Of a stretch of 64,000 bases of DNA, positions 56,204 through 64,000 are shown piece after piece. The DNA comes from an uncultured Candidatus Saccharibacteria bacterium (GTDB lineage: Bacteria > Patescibacteriota > Dojkabacteria > J137), in the NCBI GenBank assembly GCA_964437465.1, contig CAYTGI010000001.1, positions 5,614 through 69,613 of the forward strand, given 5' to 3'. Below the pieces are notes generated by a model. That model searched no databases. It was not told the origin of the DNA and was given only the letters and a program-made list of their open reading frames with translations. How positions within the stretch are numbered: the first letter of the stretch is position 1; every line of letters begins with the position of its first letter. A program made the position numbers and the translations under genes.

Positions 56204-56274
56204 TGGAATTGAAACTAACACCAAAATCAATTTGAATGTTAAAGTACTTTTATATTGAATTATAAAATTGTCGG

Positions 56275-57603
56275 ATGTTTGGATTAATAGGATTTTGGTT
56301 GTTTCTTAACTTTCATAGAGATAGTATTTTTCCGCTCAGCCAATCTTCTAGCCAAATTTTGATTGCTATTTATTCTGCTTTTGGATTCTTATTGTTACTA
56401 TTTTTTTTCGTAATCTCTAGGAACTCAACATTAAATTTTGATATATCTAAAAAGTATCAAACGATTTTATTACAAAGTTTTCTTTGGTTAAATTTTTTAA
56501 TTCTTGAATTTTCTATTTACAGATTATGGCAAGCGGAGAGTGAACTGATTCATACTGACAAGTTTTATATTGTCTCTGTAATTCTATTTATTTTAACAAT
56601 ATTATCCTCTATAGTAGTTTCTAATACATCAAGGCTTGGAAGGGTCCGAACAATATATTCTTTTCTATTTTTGGCTTCATTAATGAGCATTTCTATAATG
56701 TATCTAGTACCCGCGTCCGCTAAGCTCGGAGATTTAATTCCTATCATTAATGAAATGATCAGCTCTTTATTTAACGGTGAAAATATTTATCAATATTACT
56801 TGCTAGATAATGGAGTAGCTACTCAAGCTGTTCGGCAGCCTGGCAATATCTTATTCTATATACCATTTCAACTATTAGGTATTGATATAAGGTTTGCAAA
56901 TATATTTTATTTCTCACTAACAATATTTTTATTAGTTAATATTTACCAAAAAGAGATTCAACATAATTTTGTTGGTTACTTTAGTATACTTTTATTAATT
57001 TTCTTCCCATATAGAATTTTTAGAACAGATCTATACGATGTACCATATTGGTTTATATTTGTTCTATTTATATATTTTTTTAAAAGAAAAAAAGATTTAA
57101 TAGCTCCTATAGTCTGGGGTTTCAGTATTTTTACTCAGGTTTGGAGCTGGATTTTCACACCAATACTTTTTATTTACTTATATAAAAAAAGAGGAATTAA
57201 AAATACAGCAAGATTCATAGCTATTTCAGGGATTACAGCTTTAGTATTATTCCTACCGTTTGTATTTAATAATATAGATAATTACTACGAGCATGTTTTT
57301 GGTTTTTACAATAGCTCAAGAGAAGCAGGAATAGAATTTGGTTCTAGCATCCACTTAAGTCAAGTCATACAGTTTTTATTAGATTCAAGCATTTTCCCTT
57401 TTCTACAGTTGTTTCAAATGCTAACAATTTTCATTATATTTTTGTTCTTAAAAAAAAATTTACCGAACCTTTTATTTAGTCTAGGGTTAGCTTTTTTTGC
57501 ATTTATGAGTCTAAATACTCATACTTGGCCATATATGTACTTGCTCATTTTCTTGGCTATGATTTTTATTATATTTGAAGAAGGAAGGAGATCTAACACT
57601 TAA
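56275..57603 (+). CDS. Polytopic membrane protein, possible GT-C (GT87-like) glycosyltransferase
   Basis: More than 10 TM segments; GD....I......L.NG.NIY, P...L.Y.PF...G.DIR and LPF pattern. Confidence 0.55.
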   Translation: MFGLIGFWLFLNFHRDSIFPLSQSSSQILIAIYSAFGFLLLLFFFVISRNSTLNFDISKKYQTILLQSFLWLNFLILEFSIYRLWQAESELIHTDKFYIVSVILFILTILSSIVVSNTSRLGRVRTIYSFLFLASLMSISIMYLVPASAKLGDLIPIINEMISSLFNGENIYQYYLLDNGVATQAVRQPGNILFYIPFQLLGIDIRFANIFYFSLTIFLLVNIYQKEIQHNFVGYFSILLLIFFPYRIFRTDLYDVPYWFIFVLFIYFFKRKKDLIAPIVWGFSIFTQVWSWIFTPILFIYLYKKRGIKNTARFIAISGITALVLFLPFVFNNIDNYYEHVFGFYNSSREAGIEFGSSIHLSQVIQFLLDSSIFPFLQLFQMLTIFIIFLFLKKNLPNLLFSLGLAFFAFMSLNTHTWPYMYLLIFLAMIFIIFEEGRRSNT

Positions 57604-57726
57604 AACTTGCTAATAATTATCTTTTTTAAATTGTAAAGGGTTAAGTATGTATTAAAAAGTTAATATGTTTTTATTACAGTATGATTGCATAATCTAAGAA
57701 ATTTACAGAAAAATGTCTTAAAGATG

Positions 57727-57755
57727 TTGACTTCGTAATTTCACATTCATATACT
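57727..57755 (+). promoter_or_regulatory. Sigma70-type promoter of the pilin genes
   Basis: TTGACT, 17 nt, TATACT, ending 41 nt before ATG 57797. Confidence 0.7.
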
Positions 57756-57796
57756 AGTAGTATAAATAGAAATAATTTAATTTTTATGTTTCATTC

Positions 57797-58288
57797 ATGA
57801 ATAACCATGAGGAAAATAACAACAAGGAAGGATTCACATTGATTGAGATCCTAGTTGTAGTTGCTTTGATTGCGATCTTAGCAACAATTACATTCATCGC
57901 TATTAATCCAGCGAGAAACTTTAGAGATACAAGAAATGCACAGAGAAGTTCAGATGTGTTGCAGATTTTAAATGCTGTTACTCAGTACACTTCAGAGCAA
58001 GGAAACGATCTTGACTCTCTTGCTGTAGCTTCAACTACTGTTTGGGGAACAGGATTAACTGCACTTCCACTATGTTCAGCAACTCCTGCGCCAATCGGAA
58101 CCACAGCTGATGTTTCTGTAGATATCTCTGCTGTATTAGTTCCTGATTACATTGTAGGTATTCCATCTGATCCTTCTGTAACAACTGCACCAGGAAATAC
58201 TGGATATACAATCTGTGAAGAAGCTAGTGGTAGAGTAACTGTTGCAGCACCAAATGCTGAATCAACAACTATTTCTGTTTCTAGATAA
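57797..58288 (+). CDS. Type IV (major) pilin 1
   Basis: KEG/FTLIEILVVV prepilin cleavage motif; Cys pair; IPSDP. Confidence 0.93.
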   Translation: MNNHEENNNKEGFTLIEILVVVALIAILATITFIAINPARNFRDTRNAQRSSDVLQILNAVTQYTSEQGNDLDSLAVASTTVWGTGLTALPLCSATPAPIGTTADVSVDISAVLVPDYIVGIPSDPSVTTAPGNTGYTICEEASGRVTVAAPNAESTTISVSR

Positions 58289-58547
58289 TGTTGCAAATTA
58301 GCTCCTATTTTTTTAAACTGAAAAGTAGGAGTTTATTTTAATTAATATATAAAATTACTGTTATGGAAAATAACAAACAAACGAAAAAAGGATTCACATT
58401 GATTGAGATCCTAGTTGTAGTTGCTTTGATTGCGATCTTAGCAACAATTACATTCATCGCTATTAATCCAGCGAGAAACTTTAGAGATACAAGAAATGCA
58501 CAGAGAAGTTCAGATGTGTTGCAGATTTTAAATGCTGTTACTCAGTA
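57828..58547 (+). repeat. 160-bp exact direct repeat (57828-57987 = 58388-58547) in the two pilin genes
   Basis: Base-for-base identity from aaggattcacattg to gttactcagta. Confidence 0.92.
58300..58340 (+). terminator. Hairpin / weak terminator between the pilin genes
   Basis: AGCTCCTATTTTT...AAAAGTAGGAGTT followed by TATTTT. Confidence 0.6.
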
Positions 58548-58827
58548 TACTTCTCAACAGGGAAATAGTTTAGATGGATTAGCAACTGCTATCGGGGTTG
58601 TTGGCGGAAGCTTTACAGACTGTGGTTCTGGAACTGATGACATTGGAACTGGTGATGCAGATCTAGCTGCAGCGTTAGTACCTGACTTTATAGTTGGGAT
58701 ACCTCAGGATCCAGACGGAGCAAGTACAGCAGTAGATACATTATATGATATCTGCGAAGAAGCAAGCGGTAGAGTTACAATTTCTGCACCTTCTGCTGAA
58801 TCTACAACAATTACTGTTTCTAGATAA
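58363..58827 (+). CDS. Type IV (major) pilin 2
   Basis: KKG/FTLIEILVVV motif; Cys pair; IPQDP. Confidence 0.93.
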   Translation: MENNKQTKKGFTLIEILVVVALIAILATITFIAINPARNFRDTRNAQRSSDVLQILNAVTQYTSQQGNSLDGLATAIGVVGGSFTDCGSGTDDIGTGDADLAAALVPDFIVGIPQDPDGASTAVDTLYDICEEASGRVTISAPSAESTTITVSR

Positions 58828-58844
58828 GGAATTAAAATAAAAAT

Positions 58845-58874
58845 AAAAGGGCCTCAGAATTGAGGTCTTTTTTT
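58845..58874 (+). terminator. Rho-independent terminator after pilin 2
   Basis: AAAAGGGCCTCA-GAAT-TGAGGTC-TTTTTTT. Confidence 0.85.
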
Positions 58875-58893
58875 ATTTTGTATAAACTAAAAT

Positions 58894-60156
58894 ATGGCAA
58901 AGAAGTCTTTAAACACATCAATAGATGGGAACAATACTAATGAATCCACACTTTCAGCAGGAAAACAATCCACAGAAGAAAAAGGTATAACAGGTATGCT
59001 TAATGATATTGTATTAACAGCTCTTAATAAAAGAGCTTCAGATATTCATATCGAACCTCACGAGAACTCTGTTGTTGTAAGATACAGAATCGATGGAATT
59101 TTAAAAGACATATACACAATTGAAAAAAAATATGAGGAAACTTTAGTCTTTAAGATTAAAGTTAACGCTAAGCTGAGAACAGACGAACACTTTGCACCTC
59201 AAGATGGAAGAATATCTTTTAATTTTGAAGATAAGTTAGATACTAGAATATCAATTCTTCCAACAGCAAAAGGAGAAAAAGTAGTAATTAGGTTGTTAAC
59301 TCAGAAAGGAAGATCTTTTACTCTTAAAGATCTTGGATTTAAAGAAAAAGAGTATGAGATTGTTCAGAAAGCATTTAAAAAACCATATGGATCTATTTTT
59401 GCTTCTGGTCCGACTGGATCTGGTAAAACTACAACACTTTATTCAATTCTGCAGACTTTAAATTCTCGAGATATAAATATTACTACTGTTGAAGATCCTG
59501 TAGAGTATGAAATTGACGGAGTAAACCATGTTCAAGTAAATAAAAAAGCTGGTTTAACATTTAGTAATGGTCTTAGGTCTATTTTAAGACAGGATCCCAA
59601 TGTAGTTATGATTGGAGAGATTCGTGATTCAGAGACTGCAAAAATTGCAACAAACGCAGCAATGACTGGACACTTAGTATTATCAACTATTCACACTAAC
59701 GATGCAGTTACTACGATTCCAAGGCTTATTGATATGGGTGTAGAACCTTATCTTGTAGCTACAACTGTTAACGTAGTTATTGCTCAAAGACTTGCAAGAA
59801 AAATTGATGAACAGTACAGGTCAGAAACTAAATTATCACAGGAAGAATATGACGAACTTAAAATCTATAGACCTGACCTTGCTTCATACTTAAAGGTTGG
59901 TGAAACATTATATGTTCCTAACGTTCCAGAAGGATCAGTAGATAGTGGTTATAAAGGGAGAATTGGTTTGTATGAAGTATTAGAAATAAATGAGCCAATA
60001 AGAAAAATAATAATGGCTGGAGCTGACACAGACCAAATCTTTACACAGGCTAGAAAGCAAGGATTAAAGTTAATTGTAGAGGACGGTGTCGAGAAGTTAA
60101 GAGCGGGTGTTATTTCATTATCAGAGCTTGTAAGAGTTACAGCGTTAAAAGAATAA
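58894..60156 (+). CDS. pilB: Type IV pilus assembly ATPase (PilB/GspE family)
   Basis: ASDIHIEP, PQDGR, GPTGSGKTTTLY, EDPVEY, LRQDP, GEIRD and TGHLVLST.HTND motifs. Confidence 0.93.
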   Translation: MAKKSLNTSIDGNNTNESTLSAGKQSTEEKGITGMLNDIVLTALNKRASDIHIEPHENSVVVRYRIDGILKDIYTIEKKYEETLVFKIKVNAKLRTDEHFAPQDGRISFNFEDKLDTRISILPTAKGEKVVIRLLTQKGRSFTLKDLGFKEKEYEIVQKAFKKPYGSIFASGPTGSGKTTTLYSILQTLNSRDINITTVEDPVEYEIDGVNHVQVNKKAGLTFSNGLRSILRQDPNVVMIGEIRDSETAKIATNAAMTGHLVLSTIHTNDAVTTIPRLIDMGVEPYLVATTVNVVIAQRLARKIDEQYRSETKLSQEEYDELKIYRPDLASYLKVGETLYVPNVPEGSVDSGYKGRIGLYEVLEINEPIRKIIMAGADTDQIFTQARKQGLKLIVEDGVEKLRAGVISLSELVRVTALKE

Positions 60157-60157
60157 T

Positions 60158-61444
60158 ATGGAACAACCAAGTTTTTCACAAACCATGAAAACTGATCTTG
60201 ATGCTTCAGTTAATAATCAACCCCAACCTCAACAGCAGATTCAAGAACCACAACAAGTACAAGCACAACCTCAACAACAACCTGAAGCTCCTGTTCAACA
60301 AGAACAATCATCAGCTATTGCTCCTTCAAATGGGGACTTGGCAGTTCCAAAAAGACGTAGAAAGAAAAAAAAGAAGAAAAAAGGAGGGCAAGTTTATTTT
60401 TCTGGAATATCTAAGCTTATAATTCTAGTTTCAATTAGAAATCTTTACTTAATGCTCAAATCTGGGTTAGCGCTTAATGAGGCAGTAAGAACATTAACTG
60501 AACAAACTCCAGATGAAAGGCTAGCAAGAATATATGATGAGATAGCGAATAAAATAGACGAGGGAATGACTTTAGCAGAATCAATGAGACTTTATCCAAA
60601 AGCATTTTCAGACATCATAGTTTCAGTTGTTTCAGTTGGTGAACAGGGAGGAACTTTGGAGAAAAATCTTTTGTTTCTCGCTGATTATTTAAAAAAGGCT
60701 CATACATTAGGTAAGAAGATCCAAGGAGCATTAATCTATCCAGCAATTGTGTTTTTAATGACATTTGTTGAAATGCTTGGAGTAATTTTCTTGATTTTAC
60801 CTAAGCTTGAAGAACTGTTCTCTTCATTTGATGATGTACCATCAATGACAAAAACTATTTTAGCTGGGTCTCAGTTTATTAGAGAAAATGCAATTTTCCT
60901 AGCTGGAGGCTTAGTAGTATTTATATTTTTATTTACAATGTTTCTGAGGACAAAAGCTGGAAAAAGATTTAAGGATATAGTCAGCATAAATATTCCGGTT
61001 ATAAAAAAATTAACCAAGTTTAATTTACTCGCCTCATTTTCCAGAACGTTAAGTATTTTATTAGAAACAGGTATTCCTTTGGTAAATGCTCTTGATATTG
61101 CAACAAGTACTGTTAGTAATACTATTTATAGAAATATCCTTGAAAAAGTAGCTGCTGATGTAAAAAGTGGTAGAAGTTTAGCTGATTCACTTTCTGATTA
61201 TGAAAAATACTTTCCACCAACGTTTGTAAAACTTATTGAAGTTGGTGAAAGCACGGGTACTTTAGAAGAGAATCTAGCATATTTATATGATTATCATGCT
61301 GAAGAGGTTGAGGAGATGTCCAATAATTTATCTACTTTGCTGGAACCATTGTTACTGATTGTGATTGGTGGAATGATTGGGCTTCTTGCAATTATTATCG
61401 TTGGACCTATATACCAATTAACTGGAAGTATTAACACAGTATGA
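60158..61444 (+). CDS. pilC: Type IV pilus platform protein (PilC/GspF family)
   Basis: Two GspF repeats (GE.GG.LE / GE.TG.LE), ALIYP and EP.L...G motifs. Confidence 0.93.
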   Translation: MEQPSFSQTMKTDLDASVNNQPQPQQQIQEPQQVQAQPQQQPEAPVQQEQSSAIAPSNGDLAVPKRRRKKKKKKKGGQVYFSGISKLIILVSIRNLYLMLKSGLALNEAVRTLTEQTPDERLARIYDEIANKIDEGMTLAESMRLYPKAFSDIIVSVVSVGEQGGTLEKNLLFLADYLKKAHTLGKKIQGALIYPAIVFLMTFVEMLGVIFLILPKLEELFSSFDDVPSMTKTILAGSQFIRENAIFLAGGLVVFIFLFTMFLRTKAGKRFKDIVSINIPVIKKLTKFNLLASFSRTLSILLETGIPLVNALDIATSTVSNTIYRNILEKVAADVKSGRSLADSLSDYEKYFPPTFVKLIEVGESTGTLEENLAYLYDYHAEEVEEMSNNLSTLLEPLLLIVIGGMIGLLAIIIVGPIYQLTGSINTV

Positions 61445-61884
61445 AAAAGGCATATACTTTACTGGAATTACTTCTTGTTTTAACTCTTTTTTCATCAGTA
61501 TCAGCAATTGTAGTTCCCTTTACAATTCGACAAATTTCACAAGGTAATGTAGAGAGTGAGGCAGATAAGGTTAGGTCAGCAATATTTCTAACTCAACAAA
61601 ACGCATATACAGGTAGAAATTCCTCAGATTATGGTATTAAATTTAATAGTGATAGTTACGAAATATATGAAGGAGCCAGTTATGCTGGAGCATTGAACAT
61701 TGATGTAGAAAATTTGCCGTCCTCTGTACAGTTTACAGCAGTTAATCTTGGTGATCTTGGAGATGAGGTTCATTTTAGCTTAGGATCAGTCATACCTTCT
61801 ACAGATGGAGTTTTAACAATATCAGACGGGACAAGTACGAATACAATAACTATAACTAGTCAAGGATCAATTTTAATTCAATGA
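61441..61884 (+). CDS. Minor pilin / pseudopilin (FimT/GspH-like)
   Basis: KKA/YTLLELLLV prepilin motif. Confidence 0.85.
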   Translation: MKKAYTLLELLLVLTLFSSVSAIVVPFTIRQISQGNVESEADKVRSAIFLTQQNAYTGRNSSDYGIKFNSDSYEIYEGASYAGALNIDVENLPSSVQFTAVNLGDLGDEVHFSLGSVIPSTDGVLTISDGTSTNTITITSQGSILIQ

Positions 61885-63809
61885 TAGATACAAAGGTTAA
61901 AAAAGCATTTTCACTGGTTGAAATTCTACTAGCTTTAGGAATCTTCCTAATTGTTTTTGCTACTGTTGGTTTATTTGCCGTTGATTCAATTAGAAATGCT
62001 AGAAGTAATAGGGAGAGGTTTTATGCATCAATTGGAATAAACGAAATGAGCAAAGCCTTAGAAATTATGGCTCGTGAAAATTGGGCAGAGATTTTCAATA
62101 GTCCAACAGGAACTCAACTCTATCCTCAATTTAGTAGCGGTGAATACACTCTTGAAGTAGGGACTTATGATAATGGTGGAGTAACGATATATCTTGAATT
62201 AGATGATGTTTATAGAGATGGAGCAACTGGTAATATTGTAATCACTGGAGGAGTTTTGGATCCAAGATCTAAAGAGATTAATTTTACAGCGCAGTGGACA
62301 GACGTAGTTGGTGCAATTCAGACTGTTAACTCAACTGGATATATTAATGATTGGCATACATTTACATGGGAACAAACTTTAGAAAGTGAGTTTTTAAATG
62401 GAAATACAACTGACTCTTTTGTAGTTAATAATGATGATGGAGAAATTCAGCTTGCCTCACAGGTTTATGCAGATTGGTGTTCTCCTGAGTTAGGAGTTAA
62501 CACATTTGATTTACCTGGAAATGGAATATCGAAATCTATCTCTGCAATACCTGGAGTTGCTCATGTTGGGACTAATCAAGGTTCTGGCATTTCATATTCT
62601 AATATTTTAATTTCTGATGATGATCCCCCACTAATAACAATTCCTGATACATTCACTGGCTATAACGTTGTAAGTGTGCATGGAGACGAAAACTATGCTT
62701 ATCTAGCTACAACAAATGATAGTAAAGAGGTTGTTATTTTAGACATTTCAAGTACCCCTTTTACAGAGGTTGGTCACGTAAATCTATCTGGAAGTAGAGA
62801 TGCAGTAAGTATCTTTGTTAATAACGATATTGGATATGTAACTCAACATGAGACTTTATATACTTTTGATTTATCTTCTAAGACTGGAAGTAGACCTATT
62901 ATTGATTCTCATAGTCTTTTTAGAAGAGGATCTTTTATGCATGTTAGGGATGATTATGCGTATATTTTAATTGCTGGAGCTGTTGAAGAACTTGAAATTA
63001 TAGACCTTTCAAATCCAAATAATCTTCAAACTGTTGGTTTTGCTAACGTTAATGCCGGAGTAGCAGTTAAAGCTATAACAGTAAACGAGGCACAGACAAG
63101 AGCATATATCGGGGCTAATGCCTCAAGTCAATACAACGAAATTTTTGTTTTAGATATTGAGGAAAAAACAGGAGAAAGGCCTATAATTGGAAGTTTTGAC
63201 ACTAATGGGATGAATGTTACAGATTTAATTGTAGTACAAGATGATACAATTGTAATTTCTGTAGGTACAAATTCTCAAGAATATCAGGTTGTTGATATTT
63301 CTGATGAGGCAAATCCTACATATTGTGGAGGATTAGAATTTAATACAGGGTTAAATGGGATTGCTGGTGCAGTATTTTCAGATACAGGTAATAGATATGT
63401 GTATGTTGTTTCAAATGATCCAAGTGAGGAACTGAAAGTTATTAGAGGTGGCTTAGCAGGATCAGGAGGATTTATCGGTGAGGGTTATGTACCTGAAGGA
63501 ACTTTTGATTCTGAGATTTTTGATACAGGGGTTTCAAATCCTTATTATTATGTTTTAAGCTGGGATGAGACTGTTCCTGGGACTACAAATGTCAGATTTC
63601 AACTTAGGTCTAGTGATGATCCTGGAATGAGCGGGGCAACATGGGTAGGTCCTGATGGAACTAGTGGAACATATTTTGAGATGCCTGAAGGAGATCCTAT
63701 TCCTGGAGTGTTACAAAACAATAGATATTTACAGTACAGAGCATACCTACAATCTGATGCTGCGAATACACCCTTTTTAAATTCTGTAATAATAAACTAT
63801 CAAAGATGA
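61881..63809 (+). CDS. Large pilin-like protein with LVIVD-type beta-propeller repeats
   Basis: KKA/FSLVEILL prepilin motif; repeated YAY.......E..I.DIS..P units. Confidence 0.82.
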   Translation: MIDTKVKKAFSLVEILLALGIFLIVFATVGLFAVDSIRNARSNRERFYASIGINEMSKALEIMARENWAEIFNSPTGTQLYPQFSSGEYTLEVGTYDNGGVTIYLELDDVYRDGATGNIVITGGVLDPRSKEINFTAQWTDVVGAIQTVNSTGYINDWHTFTWEQTLESEFLNGNTTDSFVVNNDDGEIQLASQVYADWCSPELGVNTFDLPGNGISKSISAIPGVAHVGTNQGSGISYSNILISDDDPPLITIPDTFTGYNVVSVHGDENYAYLATTNDSKEVVILDISSTPFTEVGHVNLSGSRDAVSIFVNNDIGYVTQHETLYTFDLSSKTGSRPIIDSHSLFRRGSFMHVRDDYAYILIAGAVEELEIIDLSNPNNLQTVGFANVNAGVAVKAITVNEAQTRAYIGANASSQYNEIFVLDIEEKTGERPIIGSFDTNGMNVTDLIVVQDDTIVISVGTNSQEYQVVDISDEANPTYCGGLEFNTGLNGIAGAVFSDTGNRYVYVVSNDPSEELKVIRGGLAGSGGFIGEGYVPEGTFDSEIFDTGVSNPYYYVLSWDETVPGTTNVRFQLRSSDDPGMSGATWVGPDGTSGTYFEMPEGDPIPGVLQNNRYLQYRAYLQSDAANTPFLNSVIINYQR

Positions 63810-64000
63810 TGAAAGGATATAGAAAAGCAATTACATTAATTGAGACTGTGATTTACTTGGCGTTAATTGGGTCTGCATTTTTTTTAATAGTTAATTTTGG
63901 ATTTACAATAGCGGACTTTAATAGAGATGCTGGCGTGAATAATGAGATTCAACAAAGTTTAGTTTTTTTGAATCAGCATTTTGAAGAACATATTGAACTT
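63806..64000 (+). CDS. Minor pilin, 3'-truncated by the window edge
   Basis: MMKGYRKA/ITLIETVIYLAL; ATGA overlap with the upstream stop; open to the window end. Confidence 0.8.
   Translation, partial: MMKGYRKAITLIETVIYLALIGSAFFLIVNFGFTIADFNRDAGVNNEIQQSLVFLNQHFEEHIEL

Noticed and set aside
55988-56212. 74-aa ORF from the ORF track
   Set aside because: It starts inside the intact tRNA-Ser and crosses the hairpin trailer.

Overview
AT-rich, densely packed bacterial chromosome segment using the standard code (TGA = stop). The gene content, the scarcity of Shine-Dalgarno sites, the type IV pilus locus and the many orphans suggest a Patescibacteria/CPR-type organism (inference only). In order: ABC-2 exporter and GT4 glycosyltransferase; dnaK with a CIRCE/sigma70 promoter; a GrpE fusion; a thymidylate cluster (NDT/DNPH1-like, divergent tdk, dcd, thyA, folA, frameshifted 5-FTHF cyclo-ligase); ackA; a short RND pump; DUF3095; a sortase-like protein; zwf-gnd-tal-tkt-tkt-pgi-[DUF559]-xfp; a Nudix/RSH divergent pair; dnaE; nnr; mscS; a frameshifted DHH enzyme; split umuD/umuC; a glyoxalase-esterase fusion; three PAS paralogs; tRNA-Ala; an ABC exporter; rarA; ogg; tRNA-Ser; and a pilin/pilB/pilC cluster. 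The most notable signals are non-coding. (1) A DUF559 nuclease gene is bracketed by identical 35-bp hairpin repeats inside a family of covarying GCT-loop palindromes. (2) A decayed GIY-YIG gene lies between an intact tRNA-Ser and a hairpin-interrupted duplicate of it. (3) Five of six junctions of the pentose-phosphate/phosphoketolase cluster carry repeat remnants from three different families. Together these suggest small nuclease-plus-repeat cassettes moving in and out of conserved loci. Also notable: orphan ORFs with a shared M-x-D acidic N-terminus, a probably hydrolase-impaired RSH beside a Nudix gene, and two pilins sharing a 160-bp exact identity block. All calls are by eye from motifs; no database searches were run.
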